Of a DNA stretch of 64,000 nt, positions 41,646-51,831 are shown one piece after another. Under the pieces are notes generated by a model, which had not been told where the DNA came from, ran no database searches, and saw only the letters and a program-made list of their open reading frames with translations. The stretch covers positions 467,286-531,285 of the forward strand of contig JAQTOU010000003.1 in NCBI GenBank assembly GCA_028713125.1, given 5' to 3'. The number at the start of each line of letters is the position of its first letter. Positions within the stretch are counted from its first letter, which is position 1. This DNA is from Elusimicrobiales bacterium (GTDB taxonomy: Bacteria > Elusimicrobiota > Elusimicrobia > Elusimicrobiales > UBA9959). The position numbers and the translations under genes were made by a program.

Positions 41646-43508
41646 ATGCTTTCACTCGCCGGACTTATGACCGAAAAAGAGGGGTTCAGCGCGCTGGTGA
41701 TGGGGAACCACGCCCTCGCGCGCGCGATGGCCGAAGCCGGGACCGCCGTGGCGACCAGCTATCCCGGCTCGCCGACGCCTGAAATAGCCGATGCCCTGCT
41801 GGCCCCGGCCGAGAAAGACCGGCCCTGCCATTTTGAATTCGCCGTGAATGAAAAGGTGGCGCTCGAAATAGCCGCGGGCGCCTCGCTCAACGGGCATTCC
41901 TCCGCTGTCTTCTTCAAATCCGTAGGCCTCAATGTCGCGGCCGACTCTTTGGTGCAGCTCGCTCTGATGGAGCTCCCGGGCGGGATGGTGGTGATACTCG
42001 GCGACGATCCCGGCGCGAACTCCTCGCAGAACGAGCAGGACAACCGCTGGTTCGCCCGCATGGCTTATATGCCGGTGTTCGAACCCGCTTCGCCGGGCGA
42101 AGTTTACGTGATGTACAAAGAAGCGGCCGCCCTCGCCAGGGAGCGGCGCGCCCCCGTTTTCCTGCGGCTTACCACGCATGTCTGCCACGCCAGGCAAAAA
42201 GTCAGCTTCGGGACCCTGCCCGCCCGGACCGACTGGAAGCCGCGCTTCGACCCGGCTAACGGACCTTATGTTCCTATAACGACTACCGTTTTCCCTCTTA
42301 AAAAGAAGGCGCTTGAAAAACTGGACGCCTGGGCCGCCTATGGCGAAAAAAGCGTCCTTAACGCCGTCTATAAAACTCCCGTCTCAGGCGCTAAGCGCCT
42401 GGGAGTCATCTCTTCCGGCCTGCCCGCCCTTTGCCTGCTAGAGGCTGTGAACGCGGCCGGCGCCCCGGTGGACCTGCTGAAACTGGGCCTGACCTACCCG
42501 CTGCCGGAAAAGCTGACGGCCGAATTCCTGCACGCGCATGACGAAGTTTATATCCTCGAGGAACTTGACCGGGTGATGGAGACGGAGATAAAAGCGCTCG
42601 CCTATGACCGCGGCATAGATTGCGCGATACATTCGCGCAAAGGAAATGCCGCGCTGATGGGGGAGATGAGTACGGAGCGGGCCCGCGCCGCCGTTGCCGC
42701 CGCCTGGCCGGAGCTTTTCCCCGCTCCTGAAAAGCGCTCTTTCGCCCTGCCCGCCCCGCGGCTGCCGCAGATGTGCCCGGGCTGCGGCCACCGCTCCGCT
42801 TTCCACGCCGTAAAGAAAGCCCTGCCTCCGGGCGCCATAACCGTAGGCGATATAGGCTGCCATTCCATGGCTTTCCTGCCGCCTTACAAGATGGGCGAGG
42901 TCCTGTTCTCCATGGGGCACTCGGTCTCGACAGCTTCAGGCCTGGCCCTGAATAATTCAAGCCGAAAGGTCGTGGCTTTCGTCGGCGACTCGACTTTCTT
43001 CCACGCCGGGATGCCCGGGCTGGTGAACGCCGCCTGGCGCGATAGCGATATTACGCTGGTGCTTCTGGATAACGGGACCACGGCTATGACCGGCCACCAG
43101 CCCCGCCCAGGCAACGGCGAGCTGGGCGAGCGCCTCGCCCTGTTCGAGATCCTGGAGAAGCTGGGCGTTAAATTCCTGCGCGAATGCGACGCTTATGACC
43201 AGCCCAAGCTTATCGACCATATGAAAGCCGCGATGGAGCACAAGGGTTTCGCGGTAGTGATAGCCCGGCACCCGTGCATGCTCAAATTCATGAGGGAGAG
43301 GCGCCGTACCAGTCCCGGCATAAAGACCCAGCATGTGAGCGTGGCCCAGGGCAGCTGCGCGCGGCACTATGTCTGCGCCGCCGAGTTCGCGTGTCCTTCT
43401 TTTATCCGGCACGAGGACGGCTCGGTGACGGTCAATACGGAGCTCTGCATAGGCGACGGTTCCTGCATGCAGACCTGCCCGTCTCAGGCCATAGGGAGGA
43501 AAAAATAA
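41646..43508 (+). CDS. iorA: indolepyruvate:ferredoxin oxidoreductase subunit alpha
   Basis: I prefer ATG 41646 with a GAGGAG RBS over the track start TTG 41562. TPP-enzyme N-terminus (GNHALARAMAEAG, SYPGSPT). GDSTFFHAG is the TPP-binding block. The C-terminal 4Fe-4S motif is CIGDGSCMQTCP. Confidence 0.8.
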   Translation: MLSLAGLMTEKEGFSALVMGNHALARAMAEAGTAVATSYPGSPTPEIADALLAPAEKDRPCHFEFAVNEKVALEIAAGASLNGHSSAVFFKSVGLNVAADSLVQLALMELPGGMVVILGDDPGANSSQNEQDNRWFARMAYMPVFEPASPGEVYVMYKEAAALARERRAPVFLRLTTHVCHARQKVSFGTLPARTDWKPRFDPANGPYVPITTTVFPLKKKALEKLDAWAAYGEKSVLNAVYKTPVSGAKRLGVISSGLPALCLLEAVNAAGAPVDLLKLGLTYPLPEKLTAEFLHAHDEVYILEELDRVMETEIKALAYDRGIDCAIHSRKGNAALMGEMSTERARAAVAAAWPELFPAPEKRSFALPAPRLPQMCPGCGHRSAFHAVKKALPPGAITVGDIGCHSMAFLPPYKMGEVLFSMGHSVSTASGLALNNSSRKVVAFVGDSTFFHAGMPGLVNAAWRDSDITLVLLDNGTTAMTGHQPRPGNGELGERLALFEILEKLGVKFLRECDAYDQPKLIDHMKAAMEHKGFAVVIARHPCMLKFMRERRRTSPGIKTQHVSVAQGSCARHYVCAAEFACPSFIRHEDGSVTVNTELCIGDGSCMQTCPSQAIGRKK

Positions 43509-44083
43509 TGGCTTTTAATATTTATCTCTGCGGCGTAGGCGGGCAGGGGATAGGCCTGCTGGCCGCGGCGCTCGCGCAGGCGGCCGAAAGGTCCGGGCTT
43601 GAGGTCCATGCTTGCGATACCCATGGCCTGGCCCAGCGCGGCGGCGTAGTCTCCTCGCATATCCGCCTGGGCGCCGACGCCCTCACCCCGCTGGTCCCGG
43701 AAGGCGGCGCCGACCTGGTCCTGGCCCTCGAGCGCCTCGAGGCCCTGCGCGGCGCGGCCCAGTACCTGAAGAAAGGCGGAAAAGTTATTTATTACGATAC
43801 GGCCTACCAGCCGGTGAGCGTGAGGATGGGCCAGGCCCGGTATCCCTCGGCTGAAGAAGTAGCTAAAGAAGTTTCCGCCATGGAGGGAGAAGTTTCCGCC
43901 GTGTCCATCAAAGAGCTGCAGGACCCGCGGATGCAGAATTCCGCCCTGCTCGGCCGGCTGGCCGTCATGAATGCCGTCCCCGGCCTGGAAGCCGCGGCTA
44001 TCGAAGAAGTTTTGAAAGAGATAGTTCCGGCGGCGGCGGTGGAGGAGAACCTCGGCGTCTTCCGCGCCGCGGGCCGCGTTTAA
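43508..44083 (+). CDS. iorB: indolepyruvate:ferredoxin oxidoreductase subunit beta
   Basis: TAATG overlap with iorA. MAFNIYLCGVGGQGIGLLAAAL is the GGQG block of the POR-gamma/IorB fold. The track ORF 43274 extends upstream in the same frame. Confidence 0.8.
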   Translation: MAFNIYLCGVGGQGIGLLAAALAQAAERSGLEVHACDTHGLAQRGGVVSSHIRLGADALTPLVPEGGADLVLALERLEALRGAAQYLKKGGKVIYYDTAYQPVSVRMGQARYPSAEEVAKEVSAMEGEVSAVSIKELQDPRMQNSALLGRLAVMNAVPGLEAAAIEEVLKEIVPAAAVEENLGVFRAAGRV

Positions 44084-44086
44084 GAA

Positions 44087-44827
44087 TTATTTATGCGGGG
44101 CCGGAGTTTTGGCGTCGGGGGCGGGCCTGGATTTCTTCCTGACCTCCCAGTGCCTGGGGCGGCTGGAATCTAGGTGCACGAAGGCGGCGTCCGGGTAAAA
44201 ACCGACGCCGCCTTCGTGCATTTTAGCGGCGAAGTCGGCTACCTCGGCGGTGCTGTGGCCGGGGACCCTGATGTCGGCCGCCCAGCCCAGCATATGGGTG
44301 CTCCAGCGCGCGGCCCCCGGGAGCTTCTTGTTGAATTTTGGCGAGCGGTAGCCGCTTAAGATCGTAAGTCCGCCCTTCCCGAACCTGTCCTCGACAAGAT
44401 CGAGTATTTCCAGGAGCTTAATGGAGATAGCGGTTTCCCTGTCTGTCTGCCGGCAGCGCATGAGCCGCTGTATCTTATCCAGTTCGGCCTGGTTGTAAGT
44501 TTCGTCGCCGTTGCGGTAAGCCGAGACTATTCTTTCGCCGGTGTCGGGCCGGTTTAAAGCCAGGCGCCCGTCGCCGCCCAGGTTCACCGGCGGGGGCGGG
44601 TGCGCCGCCGCCCCGCGCACGAAGATATAGGTCTGAACGTCCCCTTCTTCCAGCTCTATCACTTCCGCCTCCGTAACCATCGGCGGCTCGGGGGCCAGGT
44701 CGAGCAGGGAAGAAAAATTCTCTATGAATTCCGAGGCGCTTATTTCTTTGTCCGCGGCGGAGCACCGGCCCGGCCCGGAAAAGAACAGGGGGAGGATAGC
44801 GGCTGCGAAAGCGGCGGAGCGGCTCAT
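44087..44827 (-). CDS. DUF882/peptidase M15A family protein (YcbK/MepK-like murein endopeptidase)
   Basis: 246 aa with a signal peptide. Blocks: LTILSGYRSPKFN, STHMLGWAADIRV, FVHLDS. Confidence 0.75.
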   Translation of the reverse strand: MSRSAAFAAAILPLFFSGPGRCSAADKEISASEFIENFSSLLDLAPEPPMVTEAEVIELEEGDVQTYIFVRGAAAHPPPPVNLGGDGRLALNRPDTGERIVSAYRNGDETYNQAELDKIQRLMRCRQTDRETAISIKLLEILDLVEDRFGKGGLTILSGYRSPKFNKKLPGAARWSTHMLGWAADIRVPGHSTAEVADFAAKMHEGGVGFYPDAAFVHLDSSRPRHWEVRKKSRPAPDAKTPAPHK

Positions 44828-44883
44828 ATTTAGATTATTCTAGCAAAGCGGAAAATAGCGCGGGAGTGATTTAAGACGGGGCG

Positions 44884-45942
44884 TCAGCGTGGCAGTTCTG
44901 CCGAGATAGCCGGCTCGAAGATAAGTTTTTCGTAATCCTTCTTCAGGGACCTGAAGAAAAGATGGAAATCGTAGATATAGGCGAAGTGCCAGGTCTTCAG
45001 ATTATAGAGGAAGAAAAGGTCGCGCTTCGCGTCGTCCCACAGCGAGGGGTCCGTCTCGGCGGCATACCTGATATGCTCCTCCATCCTCGCGGTCCAGCCG
45101 TCCGTCTGTACGTTCTTGTCGGCGGCGTCTATTTCGTTCGAGAAAATATCTTTCCTGGCCCAGAGGTTCACCCAGTAGCCGGTATTGGCCGGCTTGGAGA
45201 CATAGCTCTGCAGCTGCCCGGAGTTTATCTGGGCCTTCATGAAGATATCCAGCCACCAGTAGCCCGGCACGAGGGGCGAGCCCATCGTTATAAACTTGTC
45301 TATATGGATCTCGGGGTCGGAGACCGCCAGTTTTTTGAGGACCGTGTGCGCCAGGATCGTCCCCCAGCTGTGCGCCACCAGATATACGGGCCGATCCTCC
45401 GCCCTGGCCGCCTTGAAAACTTTTTTTATCGCGTCTTCCAGTATCGGCACCGCGGCCTCGCTCTCGTCGGGGTCGCGGGACCAGCGCACCGGAACTACCT
45501 CATAGCTTTCCCCCGGCAGGACCTGGGCCAGCCGGCCGTCCAGGTAATCGTCGGGGAACCGTCTGTACTGGGCGCTCATCGCTTCTTCTTCGCCTATCCT
45601 GGAAATACCGGCGGAGAAAAGGTCCCCGTCCGGTTCTTTTCCCGGCATGAAATGCTCTATTATCTTCTTGAAATAATCCAGGTCCAGCTTGCCGATGCCT
45701 ATCTGCGTGAATTCAACGCCGACTATAGAAATGACGACCGCTTTTTTAGCCGAGGCGGGCGCGGCGGGGACGGGCGCCGGGGCGGCTTCAGGCAGGCGGG
45801 AGGAGAGGCGGGAAAAAGGAGCGCTGATAGAAAGGGAGTCGAAAGCGGCCGCGGCGAAAAGAGAGGAGGGGAGAATTGCCGGAACGGCGAGCAAGATCAA
45901 GAAAGAAAGAGTTAAAGTTCCGCGCGCGGCTTTACTGGCCAT
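44884..45942 (-). CDS. secreted alpha/beta hydrolase (lipase/esterase-like)
   Basis: 352 aa with a signal peptide. The nucleophile elbow is VAHSWGT (GxSxG variant). Confidence 0.55.
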   Translation of the reverse strand: MASKAARGTLTLSFLILLAVPAILPSSLFAAAAFDSLSISAPFSRLSSRLPEAAPAPVPAAPASAKKAVVISIVGVEFTQIGIGKLDLDYFKKIIEHFMPGKEPDGDLFSAGISRIGEEEAMSAQYRRFPDDYLDGRLAQVLPGESYEVVPVRWSRDPDESEAAVPILEDAIKKVFKAARAEDRPVYLVAHSWGTILAHTVLKKLAVSDPEIHIDKFITMGSPLVPGYWWLDIFMKAQINSGQLQSYVSKPANTGYWVNLWARKDIFSNEIDAADKNVQTDGWTARMEEHIRYAAETDPSLWDDAKRDLFFLYNLKTWHFAYIYDFHLFFRSLKKDYEKLIFEPAISAELPR

Positions 45943-46088
45943 GGGGCTCTCCGTTATGCAGGGTGCTAAAGCGTGGTTCGCTTAAAACACTATACAAAAC
46001 GGGAGTTGGGTTGACAAGCGTCAATAGCGCCAGCGGAGTAACCGTAGGTTTCGCCGCGTATCGGCGCCGCTGAAAACTATCGGCGCGT

Positions 46089-48719
46089 TTATGCGGCGCC
46101 GAGTTCCACGGTTACTACAGGGTCTTTGTCGTCGGAACCGGTCTCTATTACGGAGACGCCGGCCTTGTCCACGCAGCCGGCCAGAAGAAGGTCTTCCAGG
46201 GCCAGTTTGAGCGCGGCGGCCTGTTTGGGCCCGCATTCCACGCCCAGCTTCGCTACGGGCCATTTAACGCTGCGCTTCTCGGCGGCCTTCCTTGTGCGGA
46301 CGGCCTCCAGAACTTTGCGCGTGACCTCCAGCACCAGCTTGTCGCCGGGGGCGGAGGCCATTTCGGCGGCCGCGGGCCACTGGGCTTTATGCACGGAGGG
46401 CTGCTTGAGGCTTCCGGCGAAAGACCAACCCCAGACTTCCTCGGTGATGAAAGGCAGGAAAGGCGCGAAGAGCCGGAGGAAAACGCCGAGCGTCCACTCC
46501 AGGGCGGCGCAGGCCGAGCGCGCCGCCGCGGGGCTGCCGTTATAGGCGCGGTTCTTCACGAGCTCGAGGTAATTGTCGCAGAAATCCCAGAAAGCGGATT
46601 CCGTGTAAAGAAGCATGGCCGCGGACTCGTAATTCGCGAAGTCCTCGCGGGAGGCTTCTACCAGCGCTTTCAAATGCTCCACCCAGGCTTTGTCCAGCGG
46701 TTCGGTGATATCTGCCGCGCCCAGCTTCGCGCCGGCGGCGGCCGGGCTCTGGAGCTGCATCATCGCGAACTTCGAAGCGTTGAAGAGCTTCGTGGCCAGG
46801 CGCATCCCGACCTTGAACACGCTCTCGTCGTAGACCGTGTCCTGGCCGAGCTTGGCCTTGCCGGCCCAGTAGCGCAGCGAATCGGCGGAATAGGTGACAA
46901 GGAGGTCGTCGGGCGTGATGGTCTTGCCCTTCGACTTGCTCATCTTGCCCTTATCCGGGCTCACCACCCAGCCGCTGATCGCGGCATTGTGCCAGGGCAC
47001 GGAATTCTCGTGCATCCAGGCCTTTGTGATCGTATAGAAAGCCCAGGTGCGGATGATCTCGTGCGCCTGCGGGCGCATATCGGCGGGGAAGAGGTTCGCG
47101 TGGCGCGCTTTGTCTTCAGCCCAGCGGCTGGAGATCATTGGCGTAAGCGAAGAGGTGGCCCAGGTGTCCATCACGTCGTGGTCGCCCATGAAGCCGCCGG
47201 GCTTGCCGCGCCGGTCCTCGGCGTAGCCGGGGGGAACTTCGGTCTGCGGGTCCACCGGCAGGCGCTCGGCGCCGGCCACGATGGGATTGTCGTATTCGAT
47301 ATTCCCGTCGGCATCTATAGGGTACCAGACCGGGAACGGGACGCCGAAATAGCGCTGGCGGCTGATGCACCAGTCCTGGTTCAGGCCTTCCACCCACTGC
47401 TCGTAGCGCTTGAACATGTAATCGGGGTGCCAGGCCACTTTCTTGCCCTGCTCCAGCAGCGCGGCCTTGTTTTCGAGGATCTTGATGTACCACTGCCGCG
47501 TCGGCACGAACTCGAGGGGCTGGTCGCCTTTCTCGTAGTATTTGACGGCCTGTTTGGTGGGCCTGGGCTCGCCGACCAGCGAACCTTCGGCGCGGAGCAG
47601 CTCCACGGTCTTGGTACGCGCCTGCTTTGCGTAGAGCCCGGCGAGCTGCGCGTAGGCGTTCTTGGCGGCCTCCAGGTCGGCGCTGTCCAGGAATTTCTCG
47701 ACGTAGGCGAGCGGGTGCAGCTGGCCGGTGCGGCTGATCACCTGGCGCAGGGGCAGCTTGTGGTCGCGCCAGAACTGCACGTCGGCTATGTCTCCGAAGG
47801 TGCAGACCATCATGATGCCTGTGCCCTTCTCGGGATCGGCGTGGTGCGAAGGCATTATCGGCACGCGCACTTTGAAGAGCGGGGACAGCGCGGTCTTGCC
47901 GAACAGCGGCTTGTAGCGCTCGTCGTCCGGGTGGGCCACCACGGCGATGCAGGCCGAAAGCAGCTCCGGGCGGGTGGTGGCGATGGTGAACTCGCCGCCG
48001 CCCTCCACCTGGAACTTTATGTCGTGGAAGAAGCCGTTGGCCTCGCGGTCCTCGCATTCGGCCTGGGCGACGGCGGTGCGGAAGGTGGTGTCCCAAAGCG
48101 TGGGGGTCTCGGCGCTGTAGACGTGGCCTTTCTTGAAAAGGTCCAGGAAGGAGAACTGCGAGGTCTTGCGGCAATGTTCGCCCACGGTGGAATAGGTCTG
48201 CCTCCAGTCTATGGACAGGCCCAGGCGGCGCCAAAGCGCCTCGTAGCGCTTCTCGTCCTCGGCGGTCTGCAGCTCGCAGAGTTCCAGGAAGTTACGGCGG
48301 GAGATGTGTTCGTAATCCTTCAGGTCCTTTTTCGGGCCGGAGGACTTGAAGCCTTCTTTGTACGGCACGGAAGGCTCGCACCTGACGCCGAAGAGGTTCT
48401 GAACGCGGCGCTCCGTCGGGAGGCCGTTGTCGTCCCAGCCCATCGGGTAAAATATGTTCTTATTCTGCATGCGCTGGAAGCGCACCATGATGTCGGTCTG
48501 CACGTAGCTGAAAACGTGGCCGACGTGAAGCTCGCCCGAAACGGTGGGGGGCGGCGTATCCACCACGAAGGTTTCCTTCCGGGGCCGGGCCGGGTCGTAG
48601 TAATAAAGCTTTTCCTGTTCCCATTTTTCGCACCAGGCCGGTTCTACGGCGGCGGGCAGGTAATTGGCCGGGAAGGCGGATCTTTCGGCGGGTTTTTCAA
48701 GGGAGGCGTCTTTTTCCAT
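46089..48719 (-). CDS. valS: valine--tRNA ligase
   Basis: 876 aa. PPPTVSGELHVGHVFSY (HIGH), MGWDDNGLPTERRVQN and KMSKSKG (KMSKS). It matches the shorter ValRS type without a long C-terminal coiled coil. Confidence 0.85.
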   Translation of the reverse strand: MEKDASLEKPAERSAFPANYLPAAVEPAWCEKWEQEKLYYYDPARPRKETFVVDTPPPTVSGELHVGHVFSYVQTDIMVRFQRMQNKNIFYPMGWDDNGLPTERRVQNLFGVRCEPSVPYKEGFKSSGPKKDLKDYEHISRRNFLELCELQTAEDEKRYEALWRRLGLSIDWRQTYSTVGEHCRKTSQFSFLDLFKKGHVYSAETPTLWDTTFRTAVAQAECEDREANGFFHDIKFQVEGGGEFTIATTRPELLSACIAVVAHPDDERYKPLFGKTALSPLFKVRVPIMPSHHADPEKGTGIMMVCTFGDIADVQFWRDHKLPLRQVISRTGQLHPLAYVEKFLDSADLEAAKNAYAQLAGLYAKQARTKTVELLRAEGSLVGEPRPTKQAVKYYEKGDQPLEFVPTRQWYIKILENKAALLEQGKKVAWHPDYMFKRYEQWVEGLNQDWCISRQRYFGVPFPVWYPIDADGNIEYDNPIVAGAERLPVDPQTEVPPGYAEDRRGKPGGFMGDHDVMDTWATSSLTPMISSRWAEDKARHANLFPADMRPQAHEIIRTWAFYTITKAWMHENSVPWHNAAISGWVVSPDKGKMSKSKGKTITPDDLLVTYSADSLRYWAGKAKLGQDTVYDESVFKVGMRLATKLFNASKFAMMQLQSPAAAGAKLGAADITEPLDKAWVEHLKALVEASREDFANYESAAMLLYTESAFWDFCDNYLELVKNRAYNGSPAAARSACAALEWTLGVFLRLFAPFLPFITEEVWGWSFAGSLKQPSVHKAQWPAAAEMASAPGDKLVLEVTRKVLEAVRTRKAAEKRSVKWPVAKLGVECGPKQAAALKLALEDLLLAGCVDKAGVSVIETGSDDKDPVVTVELGAA

Positions 48720-48798
48720 AGGGTGATTTTACCTTATTAGAGTCGGGGCTTGGAACGGTAGGCCGGCGCCGGTTTGAGCTGAAAATTGCGGGCGGGCT

Positions 48799-50400
48799 TC
48801 AGGGGCGCTGGGGAAGTTCGTAGAGAGTTATCTTTTTGTTGGTGTCGCTGAAATATTTAAGCGCCCACGGGGTGGGGAAAAAAATGACGGAATTGCCGGC
48901 GGGGTCGGAGCCCAGCCGCACATTGTCGGCCAGGTGCACGGAGCCGCCGGCCAGTATTGCGGACCCTTCTTTATCAAGCCAGCGCACGAACTGCCACGGC
49001 GCGGGCTCGAGCCTGGACTGCACGCCGTATTCGGCCTCGAGCCGGTACTGCGTCACTTCGAACTGGAGCGGCCCGACCGCGGCCAGGAGCGGGCTTGAGC
49101 TGGGCGCGTCTTTCACGCTGAACTGCTGCACGACGCCCTCTAAAATAAGCTGCTCGAGGCCCAGCTTGAAAGGCTTGGATTTGGACGGCACGGGGTTGTA
49201 AAGGAAAGTGAAGCATTCCGGCGGGAAGCGCGGTATCTCGTCGAAAATTATGGCCGGGTTCTCGGTCAGCGTGTCGCCTATCGCGAATTCCTGGTTCCCC
49301 ACCAGCCCCACTATGTCGCCGGGGTAAGCCTCGTCCACCGTCTCGCGCTCCTGGCCGAAAAGCTTGTTCGAATTCGAAAGCCGGATCTTTTTATTAGTCC
49401 CGGAATGGTGCACGGTCATGTCGCGGGTGAACTTGCCGGAGCAGACCCGCACGAAAGCCACTTTGTCGCGGTGGCGCGGGTTCATATTGCCCTGGATCTT
49501 GAAGATGAAGCCTGCGAAAGCCGGGAAATCCGGGGCGATGGAACCCATAGTGGCGTCGCGCGGCCCGGGCGGGGCCGAATGTTCCACGAAACCGTCCAGC
49601 ATAAGCTGGATGCCGAAATTATTGACCGCGCTGCCGAAGAAGACCGGCGTGGTCTCCCCGGCCAGGACCTCTTCGCTGGAATATTCCGTGCCGGCCAGGT
49701 CGAGCATCCCCACTTCTTCGATGAAATTACGGTAGCTGACCGCCTCCATCGTATCCTTGATGTGCCGGTCATTGATGTCGGCCACTTCCACCGGGGCCAT
49801 GAAAGCGCCGCCGGGCGTGCGCTCGAACATATGGGCCTGTTTTGTCAGCCGGTCGTAGACGCCCTTGAAATCTTTGCCGCTGCCCATCGGCCAGTTAACC
49901 GGGAAAGGTTTAAGGCCCAGCGTTTTTTCAAGCTCGTCTATCAGCTCGAGCGGCTCGCGCGAAGGGCGGTCCATCTTGTTCATGAAAGTGAAAATAGGTA
50001 TGTGGCGGCGCCGGCAGACCTCGAATAATTTCAGGGTCTGGGCCTCTATGCCTTTGCCGGCGTCTATTACCATGATAGCCGCGTCCACGGCGGTCAGAAC
50101 GCGGTAGGTGTCCTCGGAAAAGTCGCGGTGGCCGGGGGTGTCGAGCAGGTTTATGCGGAAGCCGTTATAGTCGAACTGCAGCACGGTGGAACTGATCGAG
50201 ATGCCGCGTTTCTTTTCCAGCTCCATCCAGTCGGAGGCGGTGGCGCGCTGGTTCTTGCGCGCGGTCACGGTGCCGGCCAGGTGCAGGGCCCCGCCGTAAA
50301 GAAGCAACTTCTCGGTCAGCGTGGTCTTGCCGGCGTCGGGATGGGAAATTATGGCGAAGGTGCGCCGGCGGTTTATTTCGTTAAGCATTGTAGTAGCCAA
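48799..50400 (-). CDS. prfC: peptide chain release factor 3
   Basis: 533 aa. AIISHPDAGKTTLTEKLLLYGG, DTPGHRDF, NKMDR. Length and layout fit RF3. Confidence 0.9.
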   Translation of the reverse strand: MATTMLNEINRRRTFAIISHPDAGKTTLTEKLLLYGGALHLAGTVTARKNQRATASDWMELEKKRGISISSTVLQFDYNGFRINLLDTPGHRDFSEDTYRVLTAVDAAIMVIDAGKGIEAQTLKLFEVCRRRHIPIFTFMNKMDRPSREPLELIDELEKTLGLKPFPVNWPMGSGKDFKGVYDRLTKQAHMFERTPGGAFMAPVEVADINDRHIKDTMEAVSYRNFIEEVGMLDLAGTEYSSEEVLAGETTPVFFGSAVNNFGIQLMLDGFVEHSAPPGPRDATMGSIAPDFPAFAGFIFKIQGNMNPRHRDKVAFVRVCSGKFTRDMTVHHSGTNKKIRLSNSNKLFGQERETVDEAYPGDIVGLVGNQEFAIGDTLTENPAIIFDEIPRFPPECFTFLYNPVPSKSKPFKLGLEQLILEGVVQQFSVKDAPSSSPLLAAVGPLQFEVTQYRLEAEYGVQSRLEPAPWQFVRWLDKEGSAILAGGSVHLADNVRLGSDPAGNSVIFFPTPWALKYFSDTNKKITLYELPQRP

Positions 50401-50490
50401 GGTATATTATATGAATTTGCCGCGCCGGGCCGCTCGGGGGAAATGGAAAAAGCCGCGCCAGGCACGGCTTTTTTCGCGGGCCGGCGGTCT

Positions 50491-51009
50491 TTACGGCCGG
50501 GAGAGATGAACTTTAAGAGCTTCGGTGGCCTCGTCCAGGAGCCCGGTTTTTTCGCTGCTAGCGGCGGCCTCGGCCGTTTTGAGGGCGGCGCCGGTTTCCC
50601 GCACGATAAAGTCCGCGTCTTCCTGGCCTATACCGTCGACCACCATGCTCTTTATACGTCTTTCTATCTTCGCGCGGTCGGCCGGATATTTGTCCGAGGA
50701 AACTTTAACGAAGACGGTCCGCGTGCCGCCGCGTTCCACTTTTATGGCCCAGACGGGGTCGTTCTCGGGGGTGCAGGCCCGCTCCAGCGAAACTCTTTCG
50801 CTTACGCCGCCGACAGAGATGGAGAGAAGGAAAGGCTTGCAGATTTTCGGAGCGGCCGCGGCCGGGGCCGGGGTTTGCGGCACGGCGCTGACTTCGGAAA
50901 GTTTCAGCGGCTCCGAAGACTTATTAAAATCAAAAGCCGCCGCGCCGCGCGGGGCTGAAAAAAGAGCGACCGCCAATATCAGAACGGGGAATAAAGCCGG
51001 TTTTCTCAT
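50491..51009 (-). CDS. secreted hypothetical protein
   Basis: 172 aa. Signal MRKPALFPVLILAVALFSAPRGAAA. I recognise no family. Confidence 0.5.
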   Translation of the reverse strand: MRKPALFPVLILAVALFSAPRGAAAFDFNKSSEPLKLSEVSAVPQTPAPAAAAPKICKPFLLSISVGGVSERVSLERACTPENDPVWAIKVERGGTRTVFVKVSSDKYPADRAKIERRIKSMVVDGIGQEDADFIVRETGAALKTAEAAASSEKTGLLDEATEALKVHLSRP

Positions 51010-51129
51010 TAACCCTCCTGTGAACTTATTATATTGTAGCCGGGGAGGAACATTCTTGCCACGGCCAGAAGACCCAGGAGTGGCAGGTTTTTAGGTCCCG
51101 CGGAGGTAGGACCGCGGCCTCGCGCGTGG

Positions 51130-51738
51130 TTATTTGGCCGTAGGCGGGGCGGCTTTAAAGACAGGGCCGGGGAGCCAGAAAAGCTTCCCGGCTACCGGGT
51201 TGAGCAGAAGCGCGAAAGCTATCCACAGCGCCACAAGGCCGAGCAAAATGGTCAGCGCGGCTATAGGCATGACCAGCGCGGTCGTGCCCGTGATGCCGGC
51301 TATTATCTTGAAAACGTACATCAGGTCTATCACCAGCAGGAAGAAGAAAAGCAGGCCGCTGAAGAAGCCGAAGCCGTAGGTCATGGCCGCGAAGATGAGC
51401 AGAAAGCAGATGTCGGCCGAGAGCATGACCGCGTGGTCCGGCATCACGCCGCCGGCTATGGAGGTAAGGACCCACCAGTTCATCACCCAGTTGAAGGCGA
51501 AGGCCGTGAACAGCGTGCCGCCGTAAAGATTTTTATTCGCGAGGCTCATCACCCCGGCCAGGAACTGGCAGCCGCCGCCGAACAGGAGGCAGAGCATGGC
51601 CGCGGTCCTGAAGGCCGCTGGCGTAAGGGTAAGCCCCAGCGCTATGGGCGCCAGGGCGGCGCAGCCGATAGCCAGGCCGATCAGGCCCATAGGCGTCGGT
51701 TCCGCGAAAATCATCGGTGCGTTCTGCGCTTCGCTCAT
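51130..51738 (-). CDS. satP: GPR1/FUN34/YaaH family acetate/succinate channel
   Basis: 202 aa, 6 TM. The N-terminal FAEPTPMGLIGLA matches the NPAPLGL-type family signature. Confidence 0.75.
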   Translation of the reverse strand: MSEAQNAPMIFAEPTPMGLIGLAIGCAALAPIALGLTLTPAAFRTAAMLCLLFGGGCQFLAGVMSLANKNLYGGTLFTAFAFNWVMNWWVLTSIAGGVMPDHAVMLSADICFLLIFAAMTYGFGFFSGLLFFFLLVIDLMYVFKIIAGITGTTALVMPIAALTILLGLVALWIAFALLLNPVAGKLFWLPGPVFKAAPPTAK

Positions 51739-51831
51739 TGTGTCCTCCGGGAAACCCCTGATAATGTAAAATTATATCACGGTACGCGCCCGGAATGTTT
51801 AACGCGGATTCACTTTTATGGAGAAAACTAA

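Noticed and set aside
46389-48740. 783-aa plus-strand ORF
   Set aside because: It is antisense to valS, whose HIGH/KMSKS motifs make the minus-strand frame certain. It is Arg/Gly/Ala-rich, as is typical of shadow frames in high-GC DNA.
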